Shown one piece after another: positions 11,951 to 24,911 of a stretch of DNA of 64,000 bases (positions are counted from its first letter, which is position 1; every line of letters begins with the position of its first letter). The DNA comes from Octopus bimaculoides (lineage: Eukaryota): assembly GCF_001194135.2 (NCBI RefSeq), contig NC_068985.1, positions 81,312,014 through 81,376,013 of the forward strand, in the 5' to 3' direction. Position numbers and translations under genes: made by a program. The notes beneath the pieces are model-generated. The model made no database searches. It was not told the DNA's origin and saw nothing but the letters and a program-made list of their open reading frames with translations.

Positions 11951-12919
11951 ATACATACATGCATACATATAAACACACATGTATATAGAGAGACACACAC
12001 ATATATACACTGTTTATCCAGTATATATGCATCACAGTATGAGTATGTATAATGACTAATTCATACATTTCCACAATTCTCAACCGAATTTCACCAAATT
12101 TAACATGCACATTACTTATGTTCTAAGGATGGTCATGCACCATAACATTTTGCCCAGAGCTACTGCATAAATGGACCTAAGTAGACATAGACTTTTGTAT
12201 GTAGTGTCTTCCATACTTTTTTAACCTTTTTATAAAAGTGAAAGGATTTCATCTATTTATTCATATTGACTGTCCACCTACCACAGTGGTTTAAATTGAC
12301 TAGGAACACTGTACACGATGAATATCTAATACCAAACAATATTGATCTTCATATTTAAACGGCATTAAACTTTGGCAAGCTTACCTTTACCTCTTCTGAG
12401 CTACTTGAAAGGTGACGTTCCATTTCCTCTCTTCTATTTGTTGATAACTTTGTTTACCTACCAACGTGTTGTTTCACTTTAAGGATGCTTCTTTACCCAG
12501 CCATTATGATATTTCGACTGTTGTCCATTGTTTCAAATATGTTTTAGAATTGTTGTTCTAGCCTTTTATAAACAATCACATATGATTTGTCCCAAAGAGT
12601 CAACCTTTAAATGAGTGTTTTCCTTCCACTAGTGAAAGCTGTATGTGTCTTTCAGAAAGCTCCATATCAATTTAACTTTATGCCATATTTGCATGGTTTA
12701 TGCACAGGCTATGTGAGAAGACAGAATAAAGGGACTTTTGTTAGTTTATCTCTCCAAAAAAATAGCTCCCTTTGCTGTTGAAAAATGATATCCACAATAA
12801 CCATCCTTCAATTTGATTTTCCATTCCTAGGTTAATCAGAAACATAGATTGCTGTGCTACTCATAAACCTCGGTAGTTCAATTATTTGGTGAAAAAATAC
12901 CACCAAAGCAACTTAAACA

Positions 12920-13734
12920 GTCTCACTTGACTTGATAGATCTACACAAGCATGGTATATTGCCAAAGGTCTTGGTCACCTGTCACTTCCTCCATGAGGCC
13001 TAATGCATGAATGGTGCTTTTTATGTGCCATTGGTATGGGTGCCAGTCAGACGACACTGGTATCGATTTCTCTTAGTTCTACAGGTCTTCTCAAGCACTA
13101 CAATTTCCCTCATTTCAATAGGTCTTCTCAAGCACAGCATATCACCCAACAATTGAAGGGTGCTTTTAATGAGCCAGACACTGGCATTGGCTACGACTGT
13201 GATCTCACTTGGCTCGACGCTACTGCCTCCATAAGGCCCAATGCTCAATGGTGCTTTTTATGTGCCACTGGCATAGGTGCCAGTCAGACAGCCCTGGCAT
13301 CAGCCACAACTATGATTTCACCCAGCCCAATGCTCGAAGAGTGCTTTTAATGGGCCACTTGTGCAACACTGGCATTGGCCATGACTATGATCTTACTTGG
13401 TTTGATGGGTCTTCTCAAGCACGGCATATCTCCAAAGGTCTTGGTTGCTTGTCATTGCCTCTGTGAGGACCAACATTCAAAGACCATATTTCACCACCTA
13501 ATCCCATTTCTTCCTGGGTCTACCTCTTCCATAGATTACCTCCACTGTTAGAGTGTGACACTTCTTCACACAGCTGTCCTCATCCATACACATCACATGA
13601 CCATACCAGTGCAGTTGTCTCTCTTGCACACCATATCTGATGCTTCTTCATGTCCAACTTTTCTCTCAGGACGCTTACACTCTGTCATGCATGCACACTG
13701 ACATTACACATCCAGCGGAGCATACTAGCTTCAT
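12920..13734 (-). mobile_element. RTE-clade LINE 3' fragment with tandemly duplicated ORF-end/3'-UTR module
   Basis: The minus strand translates to EASMLRWMCNVSVHA*QSVSVLREKLD..., nearly identical to 57775-58269. Region 12920-13470 consists of repeated ggtgcttttatgtgccactggcat..gccagtcag..tgatctcacttgg..ggtcttctcaagca blocks. Confidence 0.85.
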
Positions 13735-13826
13735 ATATTTATATATACTTCTATAAATTATATACATATATATGTATATGTTACAAACATATATGCTTGC
13801 ATATACATACACATATATATTGAGCA

Positions 13827-13955
<129 letters not shown>

Positions 13956-13998
13956 ATCTTTCAATCATTAACCAACATACACTATATATATATATATA

Positions 13999-14200
13999 GT
14001 CAATCGAGACATGAACAAGCAAGAAAAAAACAACAACGTGAGGACGTGGAATAAATACAGTGTTACTGGACGCTCAGGAAAGGAAAGAAAAGAAAGAGGA
14101 TTTCACGTTTCGAGTGGAGCTCTTCATCAGAAATATAGAAAAAGTCCAAAAATGGGAAAACGGAGAAAGAAAATTGCCAACGATACACATGCGGTCACAT
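13999..14200 (-). mobile_element. Short Penelope-like non-autonomous repeat carrying a hammerhead motif
   Basis: A CpG-rich 200-bp island between microsatellites, containing a minimal hammerhead on the minus strand (14100-14134). Minimal hammerheads are the hallmark of Penelope-like element repeats; the family assignment is an inference. Confidence 0.5.
14100..14134 (-). ncRNA. Minimal (dimer-type) hammerhead ribozyme motif with non-canonical GUG site
   Basis: AUUU CUGAUGA A GAG-CUCCA-CUC GAAA CG U G AAAU: stem I AUUU/AAAU, stem II GAG/CUC, palindromic ACGU stem III. Confidence 0.6.
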
Positions 14201-14220
14201 ATACATACATACATACATAC

Positions 14221-14259
<39 letters not shown>

Positions 14260-15660
14260 TACACATACATGTGTGTGAGTGTGTGCATGTGTGTATGTTT
14301 ATGTCTGTGTGTGTGTCCATACGTGCATAAGATTTAGTCAAAGCTGAGTTTGAGGGAGTCCCTACTCAAGTTTCACTTTTCCAGTTCATCAAGCAACTGA
14401 TGAAGCAGAAAGGAGCTGAAGCAGGAATCTTCAGTTGTGATTCACTCAAACTGGGCATTGTATAAATTATATTCCACCTTACTTCACCGTATTGAATGCT
14501 GTTTTTGTTTTGCTTAATTGTACATGTGCACACGTGAATAATATTTATTCTACAATAAAAAGCATTATTGTACATTGTGCATAGGGAATTATGGAGTAAC
14601 CAAAACAGAAAAGAGTTGAACTAAATGCATTTTGTTGTTTAAACTTAACTGATTTTATTTAATGTTTTTTTAGGTGTTGATTTTTAATCTCACTAGGTTT
14701 GACTTAGCCTTTCATTTCTTCCAGTATCATTAAATAGTAAATACCAGTAATTACTGGAATAAATTCAATCAGCCACACTGCATCTTTTCCAAATTTTGAA
14801 GCAGATCGTCTTTGTGTCAGAGCTAGAAATCAATATTATATATTGATGAGGTGCATTGTTGATATATGTAATGCAATACCGCAAATGATAAAATCCAAAC
14901 AATATTGGGTTTAGATTATCTATTGAAGCCTCCATTCCTTTCATTACTGTAGTTTAATCACCGTGATACATTTACACGTTCTCCACTATCACTTTCAATA
15001 CCCACATGCATTTTAAAGTTGTAAATGAATAATGTAAACTTTTTAGAAGCATGTATATGCATATATATAAGATGATTGAAAATGGTGTACAGAGATAATT
15101 GTCTTTTGTTTTGGCCTCGAAAATNNNNNNNNNNNNNNNNNNNNNNNNNNNNNNNNNNNNNNNNNNNNNNNNNNNNNNNNNNNNNNNNNNNNNNNNNNNN
15201 NNNNNNNNNNNNNNNNNNNNNNNNNNNNNNNNNNNNNNNNNNNNNNNNNNNNNNNNNNNNNNNNNNNNNNNNNNNNNNNNNNNNNNNNNNNNNNNNNNNN
15301 NNNNNNNNNNNNNNNNNNNNNNNNNNNNNNNNNNNNNNNNNNNNNNNNNNNNNNNNNNNNNNNNNNNNNNNNNNNNNNNNNNNNNNNNNNNNNNNNNNNN
15401 NNNNNNNNNNNNNNNNNNNNNNNNNNNNNNNNNNNNNNNNNNNNNNNNNNNNNNNNNNNNNNNNNNNNNNNNNNNNNNNNNNNNNNNNNNNNNNNNNNNN
15501 NNNNNNNNNNNNNNNNNNNNNNNNNNNNNNNNNNNNNNNNNNNNNNNNNNNNNNNNNNNNNNNNNNNNNNNNNNNNNNNNNNNNNNNNNNNNNNNNNNNN
15601 NNNNNNNNNNNNNNNNNNNNNNNNNNNNNNNNNNNNNNNNNNNNNNNNNNNNNNNNNNNN

Positions 15661-15708
<48 letters not shown>

Positions 15709-16281
15709 CATGTATGTATATAAATATACAGAAACACATAAATACATACATTCATACATATAACTACACATGCATTAAAAATTAACATGCATAAATGCAT
15801 ACATGCATCATATTATATGCAAAAGACTCTATCAATACACATGCTGATCTGTATGCAAATGGGACAGATATATATACACACTTATACAAATATATGTGTA
15901 AAAATATATACATCCATACAAATACATATCTAAGCAAACACACTCGCTTGAGCATATTTAACACATGCATATAAGTTAACATATTTTAATACACTCGCAT
16001 CTAAACATAGACACACACATATAAATGTATGGATATATATATGTATGCATGTGTGAGTGTACATGTGAATGTGTGTGTGTGTATGTGTGTATATATATAT
16101 ATGTGTCTGCATATATATATGTATATATACACACACACACACACATATACATATACACACATGCATGCACTCACACATATATATCTATAGGCACATGCAT
16201 ATGTGCATGTGTGTATGAGTGTGTATACACACATTTAAACAATGACAGGCATATTCACATAAACTATCACTATTCAAAGAA

Positions 16282-16326
<45 letters not shown>

Positions 16327-17554
16327 TAGATATGTATATTTATGTATAACACACCTACACACATATGTGTGTGTAGGTGAGTATATATGCACACACTCAN
16401 NNNNNNNNNNNNNNNNNNNNNNNNNNNNNNNNNNNNNNNNNNNNNNNNNNNNNNNNNNNNNATTTGTATATTTATATATATGTATATGGAGGGAGGGGGA
16501 GAGAGAGAGAGAATGAGTGATAGAAAGTGAAAATGAAGCAATATAAAATAAAGATAGATAAATAAAGATAGTGTGTGTGTGTATGAGAGAGAAAGAGAGA
16601 GAGAGAGAGGGAGAGAGAGAGAGAGAGAGATAGAGAGAGAGGGAGAGAGCATGTGTATGTATGTGACAGATTTAATTCTTCTATGTAAAACACCTCAAGT
16701 ATTAGTTAGAAATCATTTATTTCTTTATTTTCCCCATGACTCATCTCAAGTGGTCAATACTTTATTGTATGATGTGGTGCTTATGAGAAAATTATCACTG
16801 TCTTACTATAAATAATTTGAATTCTCAAGGAACACTTGCATTTGTAATGTCTTTAGACTTCTTATTTGTCTCTTAGTAAGGAATTACTGAACTGAAATGG
16901 TTGTTTCTACTCTTGCCCATCTTCCTCACCCACCCTCTCATTTACTCTCCCACACTGTCTTTTCCCCCTCTCTATCTCTGTCTTACTCTCACTGTTTTTT
17001 TTCTCTCAGTTATTCTATCTCTCTTTACTTAATTTTTTTTTTTTTTAAATTAGATTCTGTCAGTGGGGATTTTTAAAGAATGATAAATTGAACCATTTTA
17101 GTGTCAGTGATGATTTTCCACTAGTTTGATTTCTACAGTACATAATGAAAACGATACTTTTTTTATTTCTTGTTGCTGTTATGGTTGTTGTTGTTGTTTT
17201 TATTATTTTCTAACAATAGTGATCTTCTCAATAGAATGGGTTGGACAGATAGATAGTTATACTTGCAGTCAACTGGTAGACAATAATAGATCTTTTCATT
17301 AAAATAATATTGTTTGCCTGATTCTGCATATAATATTATGAATGATGTTAACTTGATATGAAATATAAATATTACAATTTTATATTTATTAATATACAAG
17401 TGAAACATGCAATTATCATTAGTAATACTCTCATTTTTTTCCCCTTCTAAAGAAATAACTTTTCATTCATTTTTCAGTGTTGATGATTTCATTTCATTAT
17501 ATCAAGGATTTCTTCTTGTAAATCAGCCGAGTCTTTATGGTTACTATTTTGTCC

Positions 17555-17880
17555 TTGCATTCTTTTGCTGGTTTCAGTCATTGGACAGCAGTCATGGTGG
17601 AGCATCACTTCTAAGGGCTGAGTCAGTCATATTGGCTCAGGTGCTTATTTCAGGCTGGTACTCATTTCATCAGTCTTTATGTGATGAATTGTTAAGATTG
17701 AGGACATAAAGAGACAACATAAATACACACACACACACACATGTGCAATGAACTTCAGCATAATTTCCATCTACCAAATCCTATGCACAATATATTGGTC
17801 AACTTATTCAATGTGTCATGTACAGAGCTTAAAACCAGAGCCATGTGGTTATAAAATGAACTTCTCAACCCATTGCAATA
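17555..17880 (-). mobile_element. Degraded SINE family A
   Basis: gtttcagtcattggacagc...ggagca...; tttccatctaccaaatc; ccagagccatgtggtt. Confidence 0.6.
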
Positions 17881-18454
17881 GTTGCAGCTTTATATGGCTT
17901 TCATATAACTTCATTATTTAATAATCATGTCCCAAATATTATTTGGTACATTTTGATCGAGACATCAAAGCTGGGCAGACTAATTTCTTGGTCGGTGAGC
18001 ACCACAAACCTGAAGTAAGTACTGCTTTTATCCCTAAGGCCCTTTTGAGAAACATGAATGTCACCATTTTCTCTTTGTTTTTTTCTTCAACTCATAGACT
18101 TTATGCTTTATCTGAAAATGACAATGAGAAACCACTGAGAAAACACTCTAACATTATAGCATAGCCTTCATTGTACAAAGGTACCCTTGTTTAATTCAAC
18201 CCTCTCATGATTAAGTAGCTCTGTGATCAAAGATATCCCAACTATAGCAATCCTATATTTTTTTATAGTTAAGTTTATATTGTCCAATATATTAGGTGAC
18301 AGAATGTGATTTGTGGAAGATTTTGTTGCTACTTTTATTAGGTTGAATTGTATTTTTGTGGTTCAAACCGTATTTAAGAGAATTCCTTTTATAAATCCCA
18401 GAGTAATGATATACAACTATCAAGAACTATTGCTGGCCTTAGTTATCTGTTTCT

Positions 18455-18682
18455 TATTTCTTTATTGCCCACAAGGGGCTAAACACGTAGGGGACAAACA
18501 AGGACAGACAAAGGGATTAAGTCGATTACATCGACCCCAGTGCGTAACTAGTACTTAATTTATCGACCCTGAAAGGACGAAAGGCAAAGTCGACCTCAGC
18601 AGAATTTGAACTCAGAACGTAGCAGCAGAAGAAATACTGCTAAGCATTTCGCCCGGCGTGCTAACATTTCTGCCAGCTCGCC
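18455..18682 (-). mobile_element. Young SINE family B copy with 15-bp TSD
   Basis: CpG-intact, flanked by perfect TAGTTATCTGTTTCT at 18440-18454 and 18683-18697. Confidence 0.95.
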
Positions 18683-19725
18683 TAGTTATCTGTTTCTACA
18701 AACATAGAAACAGATATTTTGGTGTATAATAAACTAAAGTTGCCTGTACCACACTTCCACCAGCTTGCAACCATGTGTAGAACTTATATTATTCTCAGAC
18801 TATTGAGAATCATCACCAAGTGTCCTATCCAAACTTTCAGTCTGTCATCAGTCTTTTTTACTTCATACAGCTTCATGCTGCTAAAAGACTTTGCTATAAC
18901 CTTGGTTTGCATGCCTGGACATGAGTCCTTAATGGGTGTAGTGGTAAGGAGTCAACTGAGGAAAGGACTCACAAAAAGCAGGGCCATTACTCCCTGAAGA
19001 GCTAAAACACTACCTGCTACTCCAAAAAGACTGAAAGATTGAATACAATATCAGCTATTTGTATGAAATGTCAATTTATGAGAAATATAAAACTGATAGT
19101 CCACTGGACAGTGCAGATCATTCATATTGGATTACTGTGTTAGTTTAAAATCATATCGATGTTTGGCATAATACAGAGCATGTTCTGTATGAACATATTA
19201 ATTCAGTGAAAGGTTATTCCAGATAACCACATCCAAATATGTATTTGGGTAATACTGTTCTACACTCTTGTGCACACTCCAACATTGTCATAACATTATT
19301 GGTTATGAGATATTCAAACCCCTGAAGACATAACGATTAATAAAGTGTGATTTTAGGGGTATTTCATTGCTGTTTCTTACGTATCAAACAAACTTATTGG
19401 TCTATAAAAAACAAATTGATTAGCTTGCTTGACAGGAAACAAAAGTTAATTATTATGTTCTATTATGTTCTATGCAAACTTTTCTGTGGTTGTTGCCAGC
19501 TAATGCAGAGTAAAGAGTGACACAGCTTCTGAGAGATTATTGGAAGTGATCAATTAAAAAGTGTCTATTTGAGGTGGACACAAGTTTTGTTTCTTTGTAG
19601 ATGAGAACCAAACTTAGCAAAGGTGTCCAGTCAATACCTCATAGTAAATTTAACATTAGCACATTATATTGCTGTAAATACACATTGTAGTTTCATTGCA
19701 AGGGAATTATTTTGCAAGCCAATAA

Positions 19726-19767
<42 letters not shown>

Positions 19768-20030
19768 CATCATCATCATCATCATCATCATCCTTCAATG
19801 TCTGTTTTCCATGCTGGACAATTTAGCTAGAGCTGGCGAGCCAGAGAGCTGAACCTGGTTCCAGTCTGATTTCACTTGGTTTCTATGGCTGGATGCACTT
19901 CCTAATGCCAATCACATTATAGTGTATGTATGTTGGGTGCTTTTAACATAGCACTAGCATGAGTGCCTTTACATGGCATCAGCACAAGTGCTTTGTACAT
20001 GGTATCAACAGAGGACCTTTGCAAGCCAGT
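19726..20030 (-). mobile_element. RTE-type 3' end with (GAT)n tail
   Basis: (ATC)n 19726-19791 followed by ttttccatgctgg...ggctggatgcacttcctaatgccaa and three ~21-bp gtgcttt.acatggca units. Confidence 0.75.
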
Positions 20031-20203
20031 CCTCTTCCCCAACATATTGTTGGTAAATACATTGTCATGCAGAATATATCATTGATAGAATTTAGCCTCA
20101 TGCTTTTTAACCATAGAATAAATACCTTAGTAAACATTTAAAGCTTTTATTCACAGAACAAATATGTTGCAATTCATTGAAAGAAATTCAATGATAAAAA
20201 TTT

Positions 20204-20398
20204 CATCCTATGAATCTGGAAAATTTTTGAAAACTTGAAAAGAAACATTCAAGAAATGAAATAATAATCAAACAGTATATCGATGGTGCAGAAATTCCTC
20301 GTCATAAAAAGAAATATAAAGTTAGTGCAGCAAGAATTTAATGCATTGTCAATGAATATCAAAAGTGCAAAAACTAGATTATTTAAGATCATAATTTT
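20204..20398 (+). mobile_element. MULE (Mutator-like) transposase C-terminal remnant
   Basis: One frame reads HPMNLENF*KLEKKHSRNEIIIKQYIDGAEIPRHKKKYKVSAARI*CIVNEY...DHNF. This resembles the animal MULE C-terminus (HPNIWKF..LKKE...EQ..AG..PP.KKKY....RI..IV..Y.....AHNF, recalled). Confidence 0.6.
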
Positions 20399-21004
20399 TT
20401 TTTATGTCTTCCTTCTTCCAGTTTAGAAGTGTGTTGTCTTTTTACTGCATTTTTGTGTGTGTGTATGTGTGTATGAGAGAAATTGTGTGTGTGTGTGTGT
20501 GTGTGAATATGTGAGAGAATGTGATTCAGAGAGGGAGAGAGAGAGAAAGAAAGAGAAAGAGAAAGAGAGTGAGTGTGCATGCTTACAAATCTATTTTTAA
20601 AAGTAACTGATTTGCTTTTTTCATGTATATCTTGAGTAAATTTTATGTTAATAATCATTTGTCTTTGCATTTCTTTATCATTGTTAATAAAATGCAATGT
20701 ATCTTCTCTGTGAATTAAAACTTTAAAAAATGCTTAGCAATGTATTTACTCTGTGGATAAAAAGCATGATGATGCATTTACTCCTGGCATGAAGATGGAT
20801 TTACCAATGATATATTGGAACATGATGTAGTTACCTTGCATTGATATTAACCACTGAAGCAAGTATTTACCATGATATAATCATACACATGCAGAATTTA
20901 CACTAATTGTTTTAAGTATCTTGGTAGCTGATATGACTACCAATAAGCTAGTGACTAATTACAAAGGAATCCTATCAACAATGCAAATAAAATTCATTTT
21001 ATTT

Positions 21005-21425
21005 TATCCTTTATCTTTTACTTGTTTCATTCATTTGACTGCGGTCATGTTGGGGCTTGGCCTTGAAGGGTTTTATTTGAATAAATCAACCACAGGACTT
21101 ATTTTTCTTATAAATTTGGCACTTATTCTATTGATGTCTTTTTGCTGAACTGCTAAGTTATGGGAATGTAAGCACACTAACGCCAGTTGTCAAGTGGTGG
21201 AGGGGAGCAAACAAAGACATAAAGATGCACATACATAGATATATATATACATATATGTATGACAGGCTTCTTTCAGTTTCCACCTACCAAATCCACTCAC
21301 AAAGCTTTGGTCAGCCCGAGGCTATAATAGAAGAGACTTGCCTAAGGTGCCATGAAATGGGACTGAACCCAGATCCCTGTGGCTGGGAAGCAAGCTTCTT
21401 ACCACATAATCACACCTGTGCCTAT
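21005..21425 (-). mobile_element. SINE family A, full length
   Basis: Runs from cttttacttgtttcattcatttgactgcgg (tail) to gcaagcttcttaccacataatcacacctgtgcctat (head). Confidence 0.85.
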
Positions 21426-21584
21426 GTTATTTATATTTTCTTATTATTCTAGTGTTCTAACAGAATACAAAATTAAAACTTATGAAATTTTAGCTACAGG
21501 ATTGAAGATTAAATGAATTTAGAAGATGTCAAATATAAATAATTTGAGCTGATAGTGTCATAATAAATGCAGAAGATTAAAAAG

Positions 21585-21612
21585 TGTCTTACCTAAAAGA
21601 ATTGAAAAGTTG
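21585..21612 (-). promoter_or_regulatory. Possible recursive splice site (YnAG|GTAAG)
   Basis: Minus strand reads caacttttcaattcttttAG|GTAAGAc, with the junction at 21593/21592. Confidence 0.3.
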
Positions 21613-22084
21613 CAGGTGTGCATAATAAACTGTTTGGCAATATTAATAAAGGAAATTCTGTAGTGTATGAGAACATGGAGTTGCTATTTGTATGTGTGAA
21701 GGAGAAGAAGTAGTATGAACTACGATATCATTGAGACAGTGCAATAAACGAATGAATAGGAAGCAGACAGATTGATAGTGAAAAGCACTTCATCTAAAGC
21801 ACAAAGGAATTGAATAGCATACAATGATAATACATTGTATATTGTCCTGCTCTAAATATTATGAGCAGTGGTTTCTGTAAGTGACGGGACCAGTATGGAT
21901 GGAAGGGATAATATTATTGTATTGATTGAAGTTTATTAGGCTAGGAAATGTTCAGCAGGGCACCCTATTTCTTCTTTTTCTGATTTTCTTTGTCAATGAC
22001 AAAAGGTTACTCTTTGTTTAGATGAAGAGAAGTTTGCTATATTATGTTTCAGAACATCGGTTAGAATTTCACAGATAAATGGAT

Positions 22085-22115
<31 letters not shown>

Positions 22116-22950
22116 TAAACACAAACTATTGTCTGTATAATCCAACTTCACATAAATCAAAGCGAAAACTAGCTGTAACACAAGTTTTAATTACTTTTTT
22201 AACGTGTATAGTAATCAAGTGTTTTCATGATATTCTATGAAAGTGTAGTAAATACTACAGCAAATGAAAGAAAATAAAAACAGTCAAGAAAAATATGGAG
22301 CAGGTCTTTTAGGTTTGGCGTTAGCGAATAGGTAACAAAAAGGGAAATAATTAAAGATAGAATTCAAGTTTGATAATGGCTAACCTATTAAAAAAAAAGA
22401 TAAGCTGTGTTAGACTTCATCAATAGTGTTTTGTTTTTTCCTAATTTACTTGACTAACAATAGTTTCCACATCTCATTTATGGTTGAGTGCTTAGTTGTA
22501 TAAAAGGCATTCAAGTGTAAAAATAAAAAAAAGTAAAAATCAAACACAAAATTGCTCTCACAAATATTATCATACTCTATGCTTGTATAGAAATATGGAT
22601 TATAAACAAGTAAAAAATTCTCAGTTTCACCAGAAATCTTAAGAAATATCTGATTCTAGCTTTAAATCTTTATAGATATTAAACCCACTCCATGGAATCC
22701 CTTAAGTAAAAGTTGAAGTATGGGCAATATATTTAATATACAGATAAAAGTGAATTGGTAGAGTCACAAGCAATTAATTGGGAGGGTTGATAGAGCGTCC
22801 AATAGAATTCTTCATGACATTTTTTTCAAACCTCTGCTCTCTAAATTCAAATCATGCTGTGATCAACTTCATCTTTCATCTTTTCAGGGTTGATAAGAAT
22901 TACCAATTTAGGATGGTGGATTGGAAGAGCATTACTCTGTCAAATATAAT

Positions 22951-23141
22951 CCTAAAATTTGAGGGAGGGGTAAGTCAATTACATTGACCCTAGTGCTCAA
23001 CTGGTACTCATTTTATCATTGCCAAAAGGATGAAAGGCAAAGTCGACCTCGGTGGAATTTGAACTTAGTGCGTAAAGATGGATGAAATGTTGCTAAGCAT
23101 TTTGCCCAGCATGCTAATGATTCTGCCAGCTTGTTGCCTTA
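22951..23141 (-). mobile_element. SINE family B with 17-bp TSD
   Basis: Flanked by actctgtcaaatataat (22934-22950) and actctgtcaagtataat (23142-23158). Confidence 0.9.
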
Positions 23142-23224
23142 ACTCTGTCAAGTATAATGCACCATCTTGTAGCTTTGAGATTTCAATGATATGATTTTTA
23201 AATTTTAGAATGATAATGTAGGAT

Positions 23225-23390
23225 AGGAGTAAGAGGCTAAATCTACAACTGGTGCTTATTTTATTGACCCTGATAAAATGAATGGTGAAGTTGACATCAA
23301 CAGAATTTGAACTCAGAGCATATAGACAGATGAAACGCCACTAAGCATTTAGCCTAGCATGCTAATGATTCTATGATTCTCATTACCTTA
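23225..23390 (-). mobile_element. Older SINE family B copy
   Basis: ctggtgcttattttattgaccc...cagaatttgaactcagagc...ctaagcatttagcctagcatgctaatgattct. Confidence 0.75.
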
Positions 23391-24624
23391 ATTGTAGCAA
23401 ATATTAGCATCAACTTAATGTTGATGCTGGAAAATATATCCTGTCAATTATCTTTCTGCTGGGCCTTCCATAATTGTAGCAAAACCTTGCATGAGAGTAG
23501 GAAACACAACATTCTTTTTTTATGTCAGTTAAGGTTTCATTGCATCATCATCATGATAATCATGATCATCACCACCACCACCACCACCACCACCACCACC
23601 ATTTTTCATTGCACTGTATGGATACAAAATAATGACTTTTGTTGTTTTTTTCTTCTTTGTTTAAATTGTCAAACCTTAATGAAAGGACTTAGACTGAAAG
23701 TACCTTTCTAAGAATATGAGCTGTTCTAAGTAGAGAAGACTTTTGGAGCACTTACAGATCTATTTCAGTGTCCAAAATGCTCCAGGTGACATGATAATTC
23801 TTTTGGGAATTGAACCCAATGCCCTCATAAAATTGATATGACTGATATAACTTTTACTGCTGGACATCCTCACATTCTTTATACTTTTACTTTTAAATCA
23901 GCATACTTGATTTCTACTTCCTTGTCTGCAATGTTTTGTCTGAAGGAATTGCAATGTCAATTATGGGGCCTTCCCGATTATTTTTATTATGTCATATATA
24001 ATGATATCTGTTCTGTGGTATTCAATTGTTCTGTCTGTCAGGATATGTAAGAACAAAGAGGTTTGGTATACTCAGAGTAGACAACTCAAGTTTTCTTCAT
24101 TTTATTTTTATTTTCTTCATTTTGATTTTAACGCTGTTTAGATCATTTTATTTATATTTTGTTAACTGTGCATTTATCTGCCAAATGCCACATCTGTAGT
24201 TTGACAGCTGGATCAATATGTGACAAGCTATAACATAAGTAAGCATATATAACTTACTCTGTAGAAATTGGCTCTCTTTTGCAACTGTTGCAAACATTGA
24301 TGGCTAGCAGAAATATGGTGGTGTATATCAGATTAAACGACTTGATTCTTTCACTGTAGCAGTATTACTGATCCCTCAAGAATTAATGACTCTTCGTATA
24401 CTTAGAGAATTAAGCACAGCAAAAATATTAAACAGAACATCGAAAGAAGGAATTTTTACATATTTGGGAAAATATGTCATAAGAAATTTGCATCATTTGT
24501 TTCACTTGAGCAGCTGTAGTGTGCAAAAGAAAACATGGTCATTTACATTGTCATTTTGATTTTTATAGGTGACCTAACAGCTTAGAAACTGAATTTTTTT
24601 CAAATATCATACAATCCAAATTTT

Positions 24625-24673
<49 letters not shown>

Positions 24674-24708
24674 CATATATATATATNNNNNNNNNNTATA
24701 CATATACA

Positions 24709-24740
<32 letters not shown>

Positions 24741-24850
24741 AATATATGTATATATTCATGTGTATATACATATGTGTGTGTGCATGTGCATGTATGTGTA
24801 TTTATATGTATATGTATATATATATGCATAGATATATGTACATATGTGTA

Positions 24851-24911
<61 letters not shown>

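Noticed and set aside
12060-12200. ttctcaaccgaatttcaccaaattt resembling Helitron/HINE 5' subterminal motifs
   Set aside because: No matching 3' hairpin-CTAG was found downstream.
14397-14425. CTGATGA AGC..GCT GAAG near-hammerhead
   Set aside because: The second core is GAAG, with no stem I or III; treated as chance.
17262-17317. Minus-strand ESGKQYYFNE resembling part of a WW domain
   Set aside because: The flanking tryptophans are absent and the splice signals are weak.
17888-18014. Possible + strand exon ending at GAA|GTAAGT
   Set aside because: The acceptor is weak and overlaps a SINE end, and the peptide was not recognised.
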